Source of the DNA: Bacteroidales bacterium
Lineage (GTDB): Bacteria; Bacteroidota; Bacteroidia; Bacteroidales; UBA4181
Reading direction: 5' to 3'
NCBI GenBank assembly: GCA_031275285.1
Contig: JAISOY010000173.1
Location: 1,098-65,097 of the forward strand
Length of the DNA stretch: 64,000 bases
Positions 9,767 to 20,582 of the stretch are shown in pieces. Position 1 is the first letter of the stretch, and the number at the start of each line of letters is the position of its first letter. The notes under the pieces were generated by a model. It saw only the letters and a program-made list of their open reading frames with translations. It ran no database searches and was not told the DNA's origin. A program made the translations under genes and the position numbers.

Positions 9767-10507
9767 TTATAAATCACGAATCCAAATATTCCTAAAGCTA
9801 ACCGCATCTCCATGATCCTGAAGGATAATGGGTAATTTTCCGTGTGGCTTATAAGCAGGGAGTCCGATGTATTCGGTATTTCCCTTTATCTCTGTATGAT
9901 TTTGTACGACCACGCCGTTTTGTATCACTGTTATATATGCCGGAGTGACTACTTCTCCTTTTCCATTGAATTCAGGGGCTGTATATATGATATCATATAC
10001 CTGCCATTCTCCCGGTTTACGGCATACATTTACCAGAGGAGCGGTTTGCTTGTATATGCTTCCTGCCTGTCCGTTAGAATAGGTCTTATTGTCGTAATTA
10101 TCAAGAACCTGGAGCTCATAACGGCTTTGTAGAAAGATACCACTGTTACCACGTCCCTGGCCGGTTTTTTTCGGATTGACTTCTGCAGGTGTTCTCCATT
10201 CGATATGTAACTGGCAGCTACCAAAGACTTTTTTCGTTTGAATCGCCTTAGCGCCACCGACAACAGTCATGATATCTTTTTCAATTTTCCATTTGGGTTC
10301 CGTACCATCCTGGCAGACCCATTCCGATAAATCTTTACCATTGAAAAGGACAATAGCATCTGATGGCGGTTTGGTTCCTTCGCCCGGAGTAATGATCTCA
10401 GGTTGATTGTTCCAGTATTCGGTGTGTTCAGGTTTCCATTTGAGATCCTGCGCAAAAATTTGTCCTACAAAAAAAGAAACAGTCAATAAAGCAATGTATT
10501 TTTTCAT
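9767..10507 (-). CDS. secreted DUF1080 (3-keto-disaccharide hydrolase-like) protein
   Basis: Signal peptide. GNSGIFLQSRYELQVLD and FRNIWIRDL are typical of DUF1080. Confidence 0.8.
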   Translation of the reverse strand: MKKYIALLTVSFFVGQIFAQDLKWKPEHTEYWNNQPEIITPGEGTKPPSDAIVLFNGKDLSEWVCQDGTEPKWKIEKDIMTVVGGAKAIQTKKVFGSCQLHIEWRTPAEVNPKKTGQGRGNSGIFLQSRYELQVLDNYDNKTYSNGQAGSIYKQTAPLVNVCRKPGEWQVYDIIYTAPEFNGKGEVVTPAYITVIQNGVVVQNHTEIKGNTEYIGLPAYKPHGKLPIILQDHGDAVSFRNIWIRDL

Positions 10508-10988
10508 GGTTGATGTTTTTTGAATTTAGCGGATAAAGGTACGTATTTTTCAAATACGACGGAATGTAGGTTTTTAAATTAAAGATCATGAGTATATCTT
10601 ATCCGGTGGAAATGTTAATTCATCCTTCATTATTTTGAAGATCCGGAAAATAATTGACTGAAATAAAACAACAGTATATTGTTTTATTTTAATTTTTGTT
10701 CATATAATTCTGTATCTTGTGTAAATGTGTGCTTTAATTTTGATATTGAGTGATGATTTGTTATAAAAAATGAAATAAATGTGTTTTTTGTTAAAAATAA
10801 AATAATTTAACAATTGATTTAGTTTTAAATTGAAACTATAAGATGATTTGTGGTAATAAAATATCATAATTATTACATAAAAAACATCGTTTTATCTAAT
10901 TTTGCGATATAATAATTTCATTCAGTAAATTTATAATATTTTGCTGTAATCAGTATGAAATATATATCACAAATAGTCAATCATATAT

Positions 10989-13900
10989 ATGAACACACTT
11001 TATCAACCGGAATTTGAACACGATGCCTGTGGTGTAGGTTTACTGGCAAATATTAATGGCGACAAATCCCATGAGATCGTCGATAAGGGTTTGCAGGTGC
11101 TGGAGCATATGTTACACCGCGGAGCCGAAAATGCCGATAACAAAACCGGCGATGGTGCAGGTATCATGCTGCAGATTCCTCATGAGTTTATTCTTTTGCA
11201 GGGAATACCAGTACCCGAACGTGGGAAGTATGGCACCGGACTGATATTTCTTCCTAAGGAAGAGGAGCAGGCAGAATTGTGTCTTACAGTGTTGCGTGAA
11301 ACTGTGGAAAAGGAAGAACTAAGATTACTGGCAGTACGTGATGTCCCTGTCAATAGCGGTATCCTGGGTGAAATGTCGCGCGATAATGAACCGTCCATCA
11401 AACAGATATTTGTAGTAGGAGAGGACCGATCTGAAATACTCGAACGGAAATTATATATTGTCCGTCGTAAACTGGAAAAAAAAGTGTTGAAATCGACACT
11501 GGCACACAAACGTAGTTTTTATGTAGTCAGCCTGTCGACCCGGCGGATCGTTTACAAAGGAATGCTGACCTCCGTACAGTTGCGTGATTATTTTCCGGAT
11601 CTGTCTGATCCGTATTTTACAAGCGGTCTGGCTTTGGTACATTCACGCTTCAGTACCAATACCTTTCCTTCATGGGATCTGGCCCAACCTTTCCGTCTGA
11701 TCGGGCATAACGGCGAAATCAATACCATACGGGGCAACCGTTACTGGATGGAAGCCCGGGAAAGCATTCTGCAATCCGGATCACTGGGAAATGTAGAGGA
11801 TATTTTTCCTATTGTACAGGCCGGGATGAGTGATAGCGCTTCACTGGACAATGTGCTGGAATTCCTGGTAATGTCGGGTAAGAGCCTGCCTCATGCTTTG
11901 GCTATGTTGGTTCCGGAAAGCTGGAATGCAAAAAATCCGATCTCCGACGACCTGAAAGCATTTTATGAATACCACAGTATCCTGATGGAGCCTTGGGACG
12001 GGCCGGCCACACTGCTTTTCACCGATGGGCGTTATGCCGGTGGAATGCTCGACAGGAACGGATTACGACCTGCACGTTACCTGATTACCAGGAGCGGGGT
12101 GATCGTGGTGGCTTCCGAAGCCGGGGTATTGCCTTTCGAGGCATCCGATATTAAAGAGAAAGGGCGTTTACAACCCGGTAAAATGCTGATGATCGATACG
12201 CAGGAAGGGACGGTACATTATGATGCCGAGCTAAAAGAAGAACTGGCAAAAGCTTATCCGTACGGGGAATGGTTATCGAAAAACCGTATTGTTTTGTCCG
12301 ACATTTCATCCGGCCGTACTGTCAAACAGCATGTGGAGCAATTTCCCGGGCTACTGAAGGCATTCGGGTATACACAGGAAGATATCGAAAAGATCATGTT
12401 GCCGATGGCAGTGGATGGTAAAGAACCGGTAGGTTCCATGGGAAATGATACCCCGCTGGCTGTATTGTCCGGTAAGCCTCAGCGATTGTTTGCTTATTTC
12501 CGGCAATTATTTGCACAGGTAACCAATCCACCAATTGATCCTATCCGTGAAGAGTTGGTAATGTCTTTGTCTATGTATATCGGGTGCCAGGAAACCAATA
12601 TCCTGGAGCCATCGCCGGACTTATGTAAAATGGTGAAATTCAAAAGCCCGGTCATCAATAACCGTGATCTGGATATTTTGCGGCATCTGGGCTATAAAGG
12701 TTTCCGCACCTTGACGCTTCCGATGCTGTTTGATGCATCCGAACAGGCAAAGGGGATGGAACAGGCGTTGGCCAGGATCTGTCGGCAAGCCGAAAAAGCA
12801 GTGGATGACGGTTATAATTATGTGATCCTCAGTGACCGTGGCGTAAATGAACGGCAAGCAGCAATCCCATCATTGCTGGCTGTTTCGGCTGTTCATCATT
12901 ACCTGATCGATAAGCGTAAGCGGATGCAGATCGCCATTATGGTGGAAAGTGCCGAACCGCGCGAAGTGATGCATTTTGCGTTGTTGTTTGGCTTCGGCGC
13001 CAGCGGTGTGAACCCGTATATGGCTTTTGCTGTGTTGGATGACCTGGTGAAACGGCATGAGATACATCTGGATTATGCCACTGCCGAAAAGAACTATATC
13101 AGGTCCGTTAATAAAGGATTGTTGAAAGTGCTGTCAAAAATGGGTATCTCTACCTTACGTAGTTATCGTGGGTCGCAAATTTTTGAGGCCGTTGGTATCG
13201 GCCAGAAATTACTTGACCGGTATTTTCGCGGTATGATATCGCGTATCGGTGGTATTGACCTGAAAGATATCACTATCGATACACTTATTCACCATTACGA
13301 AGGATTTTCGGATAAACAGAAGTTGGATAAGTTGAAAAACATCGGCTTGTATGCTTACCGTCGTGACGGCGAATACCATGCATGGAATCCCGAAACTATT
13401 TCAAAGCTGCAAATTGCTACCCGCTTGGGTGACTATGATCGCTTTAAAGAATATAGTTCGATTGTTGATGGGAAGTCGACACCTGTATTTTTAAGGGATT
13501 TCCTGGATTTTAAACGTAATCCGATCGACATATCTGAAGTGGAACCTGTTGAGGCCATTACACGCCGTTTTGTGACAGGCGCCATGTCTTATGGGTCTAT
13601 TAGTAAGGAGGCACATGAGGCTTTGGCTATTGCCTTAAACACACTGAATGGCCGGAGTAATACGGGCGAAGGAGGCGAAAATGCCGATCGTTTTAATATC
13701 GGTGCAGACGGATTGAACCGTCGCAGTGCGATCAAACAGATCGCTTCGGGCCGTTTTGGCGTGACGGCGGAATATCTGGTCAATGCCGATGAACTGCAGA
13801 TTAAAATTGCACAGGGTGCTAAACCGGGAGAAGGCGGCCAGCTGCCCGGCTTTAAAGTGGATAAAATTATTGCGGCGACCCGTCATTCCCTCCCCGGGAT

Positions 13901-15473
13901 CACACTGATCTCACCACCGCCGCATCATGATATTTATTCCATAGAAGATCTGGCACAACTGATTTTTGACCTGAAAAACGTGAATCCACAGGCAAAGATC
14001 AGTGTCAAGCTGGTATCTGAAAGTGGTGTGGGTACGGTTGCTGCCGGAGTAGCTAAAGCCAAAGCCGACCTGATCGTGATCAGTGGTGCGGAAGGCGGAA
14101 CCGGCGCCAGTCCGGTAAGTTCTATCCGCCATGCCGGAATGCCTTGGGAATTAGGGTTGGCTGAAACACAACAGACGTTGGTGATGAACAATCTGCGCGG
14201 AAATGTAGTATTGCAGACCGACGGGCAGCTCAAAACCGGAAAAGACATCATTATCGCAACTTTACTGGGAGCCGAAGAATACGGTTTTGCTACCAGCGCC
14301 CTGATCGTGCTCGGTTGTGTAATGATGCGTAAATGCCACTTGAACACTTGTCCGGTAGGTATTGCCACACAGGATGAGCGATTGCGGCAGCGATTCAAGG
14401 GTGAATATGAATATGTGGTGAACTTTATGACTTTCCTGGCGCAGGAAGTCCGTGAGTATTTGGCTGAAATGGGTTTCCGGAGCATCGATGAGATAATCGG
14501 GCGCAGTGATCTGCTGGAACTAAGGAAGTTCGAAGAGCATCCCAAAGCACAGAAGCTGGATTTCTCCAAGCTTTTGTATTTCCCCGAAGAAACGTCCCAT
14601 GCGCTCCGCTGGGAAAAGGAACAGGACCACAAAATAGATGAGGTACTTGACCTGCAGCTGATCAGGAAAGCACGTCCTGCGCTGGAAAAATCACTTCCGG
14701 CGGAGATGGATAGTCTGATTTCCAATATCGACCGGTCGGTAGGTGCCATGCTTTCCGGAAAGGTGGCCAAACGATACGGGAGTATGGGCTTGCCGGACAG
14801 TACGATCACTGTTGCCTTCAAGGGATCTGCCGGACAGAGTTTCGGCGCTTTTCTTGCTGCCGGCATCACTTTCCGGCTGGAAGGGGAAGCCAATGATTAT
14901 CTCGGCAAGGGATTATCCGGAGGACGTATTGTTGTGCTACCACCCAAAGGCAGCATTTTTGCCCCTGAAAACAACATTATCGCAGGGAATACACTGTTAT
15001 ATGGAGCTACTTTAGGCGAAGTATACATCAACGGACGTGTCGGTGAGCGTTTCTGTGTCAGGAACAGTGGCGCAATAGCAGTGGTGGAAGGCGTAGGTGA
15101 TCACTGTTGCGAATATATGACAGGAGGAAGGACGGTAGTGTTGGGAAGTACCGGGAAGAATTTTGCTGCCGGTATGAGCGGAGGCGTTGCCTATGTGTAT
15201 GATCCCGATGGAACCTTCGATTATTTCTGTAATATGGAAATGGTAGAGTTATCGCTGATTGAAGACAAAACAGATGACCAGGAACTGTTCAGGCTGATCT
15301 CGGCACATGCACACCATACAAAGAGCCCGCTGGCACTTCGTATGGTGGGTGACTGGGAGAACCACCTGAAACATTTCCTGAAAGTGATGCCGATCGAATA
15401 TAAAAAAGTACTTCATGATGAAGCCATGGAAGCCATCAGGAAAAAGATCGCACAAGTGGAATACGATTATTAA
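10989..15473 (+). CDS. gltB: glutamate synthase large subunit
   Basis: 1494 aa. Ntn-amidotransferase start ...HDACGVG. FMN/synthase region and C-terminal GXGXG-domain region are recognisable throughout. Confidence 0.95.
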   Translation: MNTLYQPEFEHDACGVGLLANINGDKSHEIVDKGLQVLEHMLHRGAENADNKTGDGAGIMLQIPHEFILLQGIPVPERGKYGTGLIFLPKEEEQAELCLTVLRETVEKEELRLLAVRDVPVNSGILGEMSRDNEPSIKQIFVVGEDRSEILERKLYIVRRKLEKKVLKSTLAHKRSFYVVSLSTRRIVYKGMLTSVQLRDYFPDLSDPYFTSGLALVHSRFSTNTFPSWDLAQPFRLIGHNGEINTIRGNRYWMEARESILQSGSLGNVEDIFPIVQAGMSDSASLDNVLEFLVMSGKSLPHALAMLVPESWNAKNPISDDLKAFYEYHSILMEPWDGPATLLFTDGRYAGGMLDRNGLRPARYLITRSGVIVVASEAGVLPFEASDIKEKGRLQPGKMLMIDTQEGTVHYDAELKEELAKAYPYGEWLSKNRIVLSDISSGRTVKQHVEQFPGLLKAFGYTQEDIEKIMLPMAVDGKEPVGSMGNDTPLAVLSGKPQRLFAYFRQLFAQVTNPPIDPIREELVMSLSMYIGCQETNILEPSPDLCKMVKFKSPVINNRDLDILRHLGYKGFRTLTLPMLFDASEQAKGMEQALARICRQAEKAVDDGYNYVILSDRGVNERQAAIPSLLAVSAVHHYLIDKRKRMQIAIMVESAEPREVMHFALLFGFGASGVNPYMAFAVLDDLVKRHEIHLDYATAEKNYIRSVNKGLLKVLSKMGISTLRSYRGSQIFEAVGIGQKLLDRYFRGMISRIGGIDLKDITIDTLIHHYEGFSDKQKLDKLKNIGLYAYRRDGEYHAWNPETISKLQIATRLGDYDRFKEYSSIVDGKSTPVFLRDFLDFKRNPIDISEVEPVEAITRRFVTGAMSYGSISKEAHEALAIALNTLNGRSNTGEGGENADRFNIGADGLNRRSAIKQIASGRFGVTAEYLVNADELQIKIAQGAKPGEGGQLPGFKVDKIIAATRHSLPGITLISPPPHHDIYSIEDLAQLIFDLKNVNPQAKISVKLVSESGVGTVAAGVAKAKADLIVISGAEGGTGASPVSSIRHAGMPWELGLAETQQTLVMNNLRGNVVLQTDGQLKTGKDIIIATLLGAEEYGFATSALIVLGCVMMRKCHLNTCPVGIATQDERLRQRFKGEYEYVVNFMTFLAQEVREYLAEMGFRSIDEIIGRSDLLELRKFEEHPKAQKLDFSKLLYFPEETSHALRWEKEQDHKIDEVLDLQLIRKARPALEKSLPAEMDSLISNIDRSVGAMLSGKVAKRYGSMGLPDSTITVAFKGSAGQSFGAFLAAGITFRLEGEANDYLGKGLSGGRIVVLPPKGSIFAPENNIIAGNTLLYGATLGEVYINGRVGERFCVRNSGAIAVVEGVGDHCCEYMTGGRTVVLGSTGKNFAAGMSGGVAYVYDPDGTFDYFCNMEMVELSLIEDKTDDQELFRLISAHAHHTKSPLALRMVGDWENHLKHFLKVMPIEYKKVLHDEAMEAIRKKIAQVEYDY

Positions 15474-15585
15474 TGGAGAATGGAAAATGTTGGGAACGAA
15501 CAAAAATGTTCATTCCTGGTTTTCCTCTTCAAATTTCCACTATCCATTATTCTCAATTTTTAATTCTCAATTTTCAATTCTAAAA

Positions 15586-17007
15586 ATGGGTAACCCGAAA
15601 GCATTTTTAACCATTCCCCGCAAAGAGGCGGGATATAGGCCTATATTGGAACGCATCACGGATTTTGGTGAAGTGGAACAGACCCTGAATAGCGATGACC
15701 GTATCCTGCAGGGGTCACGGTGTATGGAGTGTGGTGTTCCGTTTTGCCACTGGGCCTGTCCGATTGGTAACTGTATGCCCGAATGGCAGGATTCCTTGAC
15801 TAAAGGAAAATGGCAGGAGGCATATGAACGGCTGGCAGCTACCAATAATTTTCCCGAATTTACAGGACGCGTATGTCCGGCACTGTGTGAGAAAAGTTGC
15901 GTACTGGCTATGACAGACCAGGCTGTCACTATACGGGAAAACGAAGCAGCCATTGCCGAACATGCCTTCCATGAAGGGTATGTAAAACCACGTATCCCAC
16001 AAAAAAGAACCGGAAAAAAAGTGGCTGTGATCGGATCCGGGCCTGCCGGCCTCTCTGTGGCGGATATGCTTAACCGGCAGGGACATTGTATTACGGTTTT
16101 TGAAAAAGACGAAGCTCTGGGAGGATTATTGCGTTTTGGTATTCCTGATTTTAAACTGAATAAGGAAATTATCGACCGGAGGCTGGGAATACTCCGTGAA
16201 GAAGGGATTGAATTCAAAACCGGCATAAACATCGGAAAGGACATCAGCCATGAGCAACTCCTGAAAAAATACGATGCCATCTGCCTGGCAGTCGGTGCGG
16301 GACATCCCCGCGATCTTCCGGTAGAGGGGAAGAAACTAAAAGGAATACATTTCGCTTTGGAACTGTTGCAACAACAGAACCGGGTTGTGGCGGGGGAGGT
16401 CATTTCGAAAGAACACCTGATCTCTGCAAAAGGAAAGCATGTTGTGGTGATTGGCGGGGGAGATACCGGTTCCGATTGTGTGGGTACTTCCGTACGCCAT
16501 AAGGCGGCTCAAGTCACACAAATAGAGATCATGTCCCAGCCACCCGGATCATATAATCCGGAAACACCGTGGCCACTCTATCCGAATGTGTTGAGAACAT
16601 CCAGTTCCCATAAAGAGGGATGCTTGCGCCGTTGGAACCTGGCTACAAAACGGTTTATCGGGGAAAAAGGAAAAGTAACCGGTGTGGAAGTAGCCGAAGT
16701 TGTATGGAGTAAAGACAAAACCGGACGTATGCTAATGAAGGAAACAGGAAAAACAGAGATCATCAAAGCCGACCTGGTATTATTGTCCATGGGTTTTATC
16801 CACCCGGTCCATGAAGGCTTACTGGATAGCCTGGGAGTTAAGTATGACGGACGGGGTAATGTTCAGTCGGTTATACCCGGCCGGACATCAGTGGATAAAA
16901 TTTTTGTTGCAGGAGACGCCACGCTGGGAGCCAGTCTTGTTGTGCGGGCAATTCAATCGGGTAGGGAAGCCGCCGAAGCCATCGGACGGTTCCTGGAAAA
17001 TAGTTAA
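15586..17007 (+). CDS. gltD: glutamate synthase small subunit (NADPH)
   Basis: Start MGNPKAFLTIPRKE is typical of GltD. Fe-S Cys clusters and dinucleotide folds VAVIGSGPAGL and VVVIGGGDTGSD. The listed ORF start at 15415 overlaps gltB and is rejected. Confidence 0.9.
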   Translation: MGNPKAFLTIPRKEAGYRPILERITDFGEVEQTLNSDDRILQGSRCMECGVPFCHWACPIGNCMPEWQDSLTKGKWQEAYERLAATNNFPEFTGRVCPALCEKSCVLAMTDQAVTIRENEAAIAEHAFHEGYVKPRIPQKRTGKKVAVIGSGPAGLSVADMLNRQGHCITVFEKDEALGGLLRFGIPDFKLNKEIIDRRLGILREEGIEFKTGINIGKDISHEQLLKKYDAICLAVGAGHPRDLPVEGKKLKGIHFALELLQQQNRVVAGEVISKEHLISAKGKHVVVIGGGDTGSDCVGTSVRHKAAQVTQIEIMSQPPGSYNPETPWPLYPNVLRTSSSHKEGCLRRWNLATKRFIGEKGKVTGVEVAEVVWSKDKTGRMLMKETGKTEIIKADLVLLSMGFIHPVHEGLLDSLGVKYDGRGNVQSVIPGRTSVDKIFVAGDATLGASLVVRAIQSGREAAEAIGRFLENS

Positions 17008-17041
17008 AGAGTCCGGTTTATTATGAACCTATATGCTATTT

Positions 17042-17494
17042 TTATAGTTTGAAGGTGTAAAAATTTTCGGCTTTTATAAAACCAAAATCTTTATACAGGT
17101 ATTCTCCCGCTTTTGAAGCGCTGACTCTCAAAATCCCGATTCTGCGTGCTTTTGCTTCGTCGACAATGATTTTCAGCAGATGACTTGCAAAGCCCTTTCT
17201 TCTGTGTCCCTCTTCTGTAAACACATTACAAACTTCTCCGATTAAACCGCTTGTATTTTGATAATACGGCGGTTTTTTGCTAAAGGCAATTCCACAAGTC
17301 GAAACTATCTTACCGTTTACTTCGGCAACCCACGCAATAAAAGAACCATCAGCGATTGCAGATGTATAATAGCCAGACAGATCTTTGCTTATATCGATAT
17401 CCAAAGCCGAGCCTTCAGCTAAAAGTTGCTCCATACGCAAGACTACAAGCTCCTTTACATCAGCATGCGTTGCTATCCTATAAATAACTTCCAT
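17042..17494 (-). CDS. GNAT family N-acetyltransferase
   Basis: 150 aa. The acetyl-CoA motif region RRKGFASHLLK fits the GNAT Q/RxxGxG/A pattern. Confidence 0.8.
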   Translation of the reverse strand: MEVIYRIATHADVKELVVLRMEQLLAEGSALDIDISKDLSGYYTSAIADGSFIAWVAEVNGKIVSTCGIAFSKKPPYYQNTSGLIGEVCNVFTEEGHRRKGFASHLLKIIVDEAKARRIGILRVSASKAGEYLYKDFGFIKAENFYTFKL

Positions 17495-17539
17495 TTATTT
17501 TATCTATTATAAATATATTACTTAGCCGGTGAATGACGA

Positions 17540-18979
17540 TCATTTCATCTCTATATCCTCGACAAATCCTTGTATAATCATATTGTCCTGAGAAACAGGA
17601 TTCCCGTTAAACGAGACATTTTCAAACAATACCCGGCTTATCTTGTGTTCCCGGTCATGTCCTTTCAGTTCGATGTCTGGGGATCTTCCGGAAGCATGTA
17701 TATTTTTGAACACTACATCGTGTATGTTTCCTCTTTCCTGGTCTTTTGACCACACTGCTTCGCCTAACCACAATGAGATAAACCTCCGGCTCTCTTCGAT
17801 ACGAATGTCTTCAAAACGTATGTTGCTGATGGTGGCTGCATCCGAATGAAAAATACGTAACGCCCATTCTCTCCCCTGGTCATGGATCACATCACAATTC
17901 CTGAATGTAACCTGATCCACATTGTTGGTTAATTCGGCACCGATACTCAGGGCGTGTGCTACTTCGTTCCATAATACGCAATCCTGTACGAGGATACGGC
18001 CTGCCGGCCCCTCATGGTTCAGTGTCTTTACAACGACAAGGTCATCAAGTGTACGTATAAAGCAATCGTTTACAGTAATATCATGACTGCTGCAGATATC
18101 TATTCCGTCTGAATTGGCGCGGTATCCCAGTATCTTTATATTGTTTACCGTTACATTTTCAGCGCTGAAGATGGGGATGGTCCAGGTACTGGGATCCCGT
18201 AAGATGATACCCTCCACTTCGATGTTTTCACCTTTTATATTGATCATATTTCTGGCATGGGTAGTACAGCCGGTAGCATCCAGTATCCCGCGTCCACGGA
18301 CTTTGATATTTTTCCCCCTTAATTCCAGGGTAGGCGTATAGCCGCGTAATCCGCTGTAACTACTGATCCAATATTTTTCTTCGGGATCGATAATGGCCCT
18401 GACTACGGCTCCTCCGGCAATATATACGGTTTTATTATCGCTCACTCTCAGATGACTGATCTCGTGTATGCCCGGACCAAAATAGATGACATCCGGATCG
18501 TCTTTTTCTGGTATGTCGGTTTCAAACGGGTTGGCGAAAATGTGGAGGCAATGGATCCAGTCATCGTTGATCTCAATGGTTAACTTACGGGGCTGGTCCA
18601 GATTAAAAGAGATCGTATTTCCATTGATATCGGGAACCATACCTAATGAAGAAGGTAATATTTTCGCGGAACGGATCTTTGAATCCACTGAAACACTGAT
18701 CTTAACCGGGCCATTCATGTCAAAATAAGCAAATGAGGCCGTATCATGGTAAAGAGCAGAATTGGCTTTGTCATCCATGGCCAGCCATCTTGACCTGTCG
18801 TCTTCCGGAGCTATTCTTGCCTGATATACAGGAATTTTTTCGCCTTCCACTTTAACTTCATACGCTGTGCTTAATTCTTCACCTTCAGGGGCAGGGTATA
18901 TCTTTATATGGTTATCTTTATTCGCACAGGAACAGGATATACATGCAATAAGGATCAATAGCCAAATTTTATTTTTCAT
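17540..18979 (-). CDS. right-handed beta-helix glycoside hydrolase-like lipoprotein (GH28-like)
   Basis: Lipoprotein signal (LILIACISCSC). NSDGIDIC...CFIRTLDDLVVVK...HALSIG pattern resembles GH28 catalytic motifs. Confidence 0.6.
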   Translation of the reverse strand: MKNKIWLLILIACISCSCANKDNHIKIYPAPEGEELSTAYEVKVEGEKIPVYQARIAPEDDRSRWLAMDDKANSALYHDTASFAYFDMNGPVKISVSVDSKIRSAKILPSSLGMVPDINGNTISFNLDQPRKLTIEINDDWIHCLHIFANPFETDIPEKDDPDVIYFGPGIHEISHLRVSDNKTVYIAGGAVVRAIIDPEEKYWISSYSGLRGYTPTLELRGKNIKVRGRGILDATGCTTHARNMINIKGENIEVEGIILRDPSTWTIPIFSAENVTVNNIKILGYRANSDGIDICSSHDITVNDCFIRTLDDLVVVKTLNHEGPAGRILVQDCVLWNEVAHALSIGAELTNNVDQVTFRNCDVIHDQGREWALRIFHSDAATISNIRFEDIRIEESRRFISLWLGEAVWSKDQERGNIHDVVFKNIHASGRSPDIELKGHDREHKISRVLFENVSFNGNPVSQDNMIIQGFVEDIEMK

Positions 18980-19438
18980 CTGTTTATATTTTATTTTTTT
19001 AAGGTCAGATGCAATACGCCATAGATAATCATTACGGTGGGTGAACAGTAATGTTCATGGCTATTTCATAGTGGAAAGAATTTAAGTGCCGGTCTTGTTA
19101 CAAAAGCTACCGGATGATTTCTGAAAAACTATTTAAAGGTAATCCCAAAAACTAACTTTTAAGCACTCAGTGCCATTAATTGTTTTCTTAAGTCGCATTG
19201 ATTATGATTATTAATATGAAATTAATTTATTGGTATTACTTAATTCTGTCAAAGATAAGACCCTTTTTACCAACTTTTAACCAGTCACCAATAAAATTCT
19301 TATCATGTTTTTGTTTTGGTATGAATACGCTCTTTCTTCCAATATATGTTATAGACGGATCAAATTCTTGAGTTAAAGTTTTATATTTGCTACATCCTTA
19401 ACAATTGTACAAATCTCCAATAGATATTCGGATAATAT

Positions 19439-20548
19439 ATGCACATGTTTATGAAACAACTTATTGCTGTGACAAGCCTTTTGATCTTGTTTTTTACTAT
19501 TGCCTGCAACAGTAAACGAGAACTTACTTTTTCCAAAGCTACTTATGTCGCACGTGTAACAGGTGATGTACTTGCCGGAGAGATGGAGGAGTTTCCGAAT
19601 TCCAACAGAACCGGTGAAGATTTTAATATAGGAGCTACTGATCTCGGGATCATTTGGGAAATGAAAAACGGCGAATATGGTATTTTTTTCGGTGATACAT
19701 ATGGAAGGGATCATTTTAAAGATATGGGTGATGGAAAAGTACCCAATTATAGTGATTGGAGATGTAATGTGCTTGTCTTTTCCAATGACCGGAACCTGGA
19801 AGACGGGTTGACGTTCGATGGGGCGGCAATGGATCCGACCGGATCAGCACGTGAAATTATATATGGAGCCAAAGACCAGTCGGGTACCGGTGACTGGACC
19901 TCTATACCCACAGGGGCGATCTGCGCCAACGGGATAGATTATGTCCATTATATGAATGTGAAAAATTGGCTCAAGGATAATGACTGGATCAGTAATTATT
20001 CCGGTTTGTACCGTTCGAGAGATAGTGGCCGGAACTGGGAGAAATGTGAAAATATGTATTGGGATTCCGGCAGTAATTTTGGACAGGTAGGCTATTGGAA
20101 AAAAGACGGTTATGTTTATATGATGGGTACTGAGACCGGCAGGAAATCAACAGCCCGGGTAGCCCGCTTCAGGGAAGGTGATATAGAGGAACAGGATCAG
20201 TATGAGTATTGGAATGAAATTGAAAAAAAATGGATAAAAGGCGATGAATTAAGGGCGACCGATTTGTTCGAGGATACGGTTGGCGAATTATCTGTTATCT
20301 ACCATAAAAAAAGCAGAAAATGGATCGTCACTTATTTCTGCGGACAACGTTACAATATCACTGTCCGGTATGCCGATAACATTACAGGCCCATGGAGCGA
20401 GCCGCAGGAACTGGCGCATGGTAGTGAATTCCCCCAGTTATACGGATCATTCATCCATCCTTTGTCTGCCGATGGCGATCATCTTTATTTTCTGATGTCG
20501 CGCTGGGCTCCGTACAATGTTTTTCTGATGAAGTCGGAAGTTAAATGA
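19439..20548 (+). CDS. beta-propeller glycoside-hydrolase-like lipoprotein (DUF4185-like) with Asp-box
   Basis: Lipoprotein signal (LLILFFTIACNS). Asp-box SRDSGRNW. The overall pattern recalls DUF4185. The family call is tentative. Confidence 0.5.
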   Translation: MHMFMKQLIAVTSLLILFFTIACNSKRELTFSKATYVARVTGDVLAGEMEEFPNSNRTGEDFNIGATDLGIIWEMKNGEYGIFFGDTYGRDHFKDMGDGKVPNYSDWRCNVLVFSNDRNLEDGLTFDGAAMDPTGSAREIIYGAKDQSGTGDWTSIPTGAICANGIDYVHYMNVKNWLKDNDWISNYSGLYRSRDSGRNWEKCENMYWDSGSNFGQVGYWKKDGYVYMMGTETGRKSTARVARFREGDIEEQDQYEYWNEIEKKWIKGDELRATDLFEDTVGELSVIYHKKSRKWIVTYFCGQRYNITVRYADNITGPWSEPQELAHGSEFPQLYGSFIHPLSADGDHLYFLMSRWAPYNVFLMKSEVK

Positions 20549-20582
20549 TATTGTTACCATTCCAAAAAGATAGAATTAAAAT

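Noticed and set aside
10540-10556. Palindrome CGTATTT-TTC-AAATACG upstream of the DUF1080 gene, and a TAATTTTG -7-like box at 10897-10904 upstream of gltB
   Set aside because: These are short AT-rich motifs in a 480-nt AT-rich intergenic region, where chance occurrence is likely. No matching -33 element was found for the gltB box.
13934-14893. 319-aa ORF on the minus strand inside gltB (also 13589-13886 and 13911-14132)
   Set aside because: It lies entirely antisense to a strongly supported gltB. Its Ser/Pro/Ala/Arg-rich low-complexity translation is typical of shadow ORFs in GC-rich coding DNA.
15548-15580. About 2.5 copies of a 13-nt unit (ATTCTCAATTTT..) in the gltB-gltD spacer
   Set aside because: Very short, AT-rich and imperfect. 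It is probably chance or a remnant and does not support a regulatory claim.
15567-16403. 278-aa minus-strand ORF inside gltD
   Set aside because: Antisense shadow ORF of gltD with a low-complexity Ser/Pro/Cys-rich product.
19373-19714. 113-aa minus-strand ORF overlapping the 5' end of the DUF4185-like gene
   Set aside because: It overlaps a better-supported lipoprotein gene on the opposite strand and has no motif.
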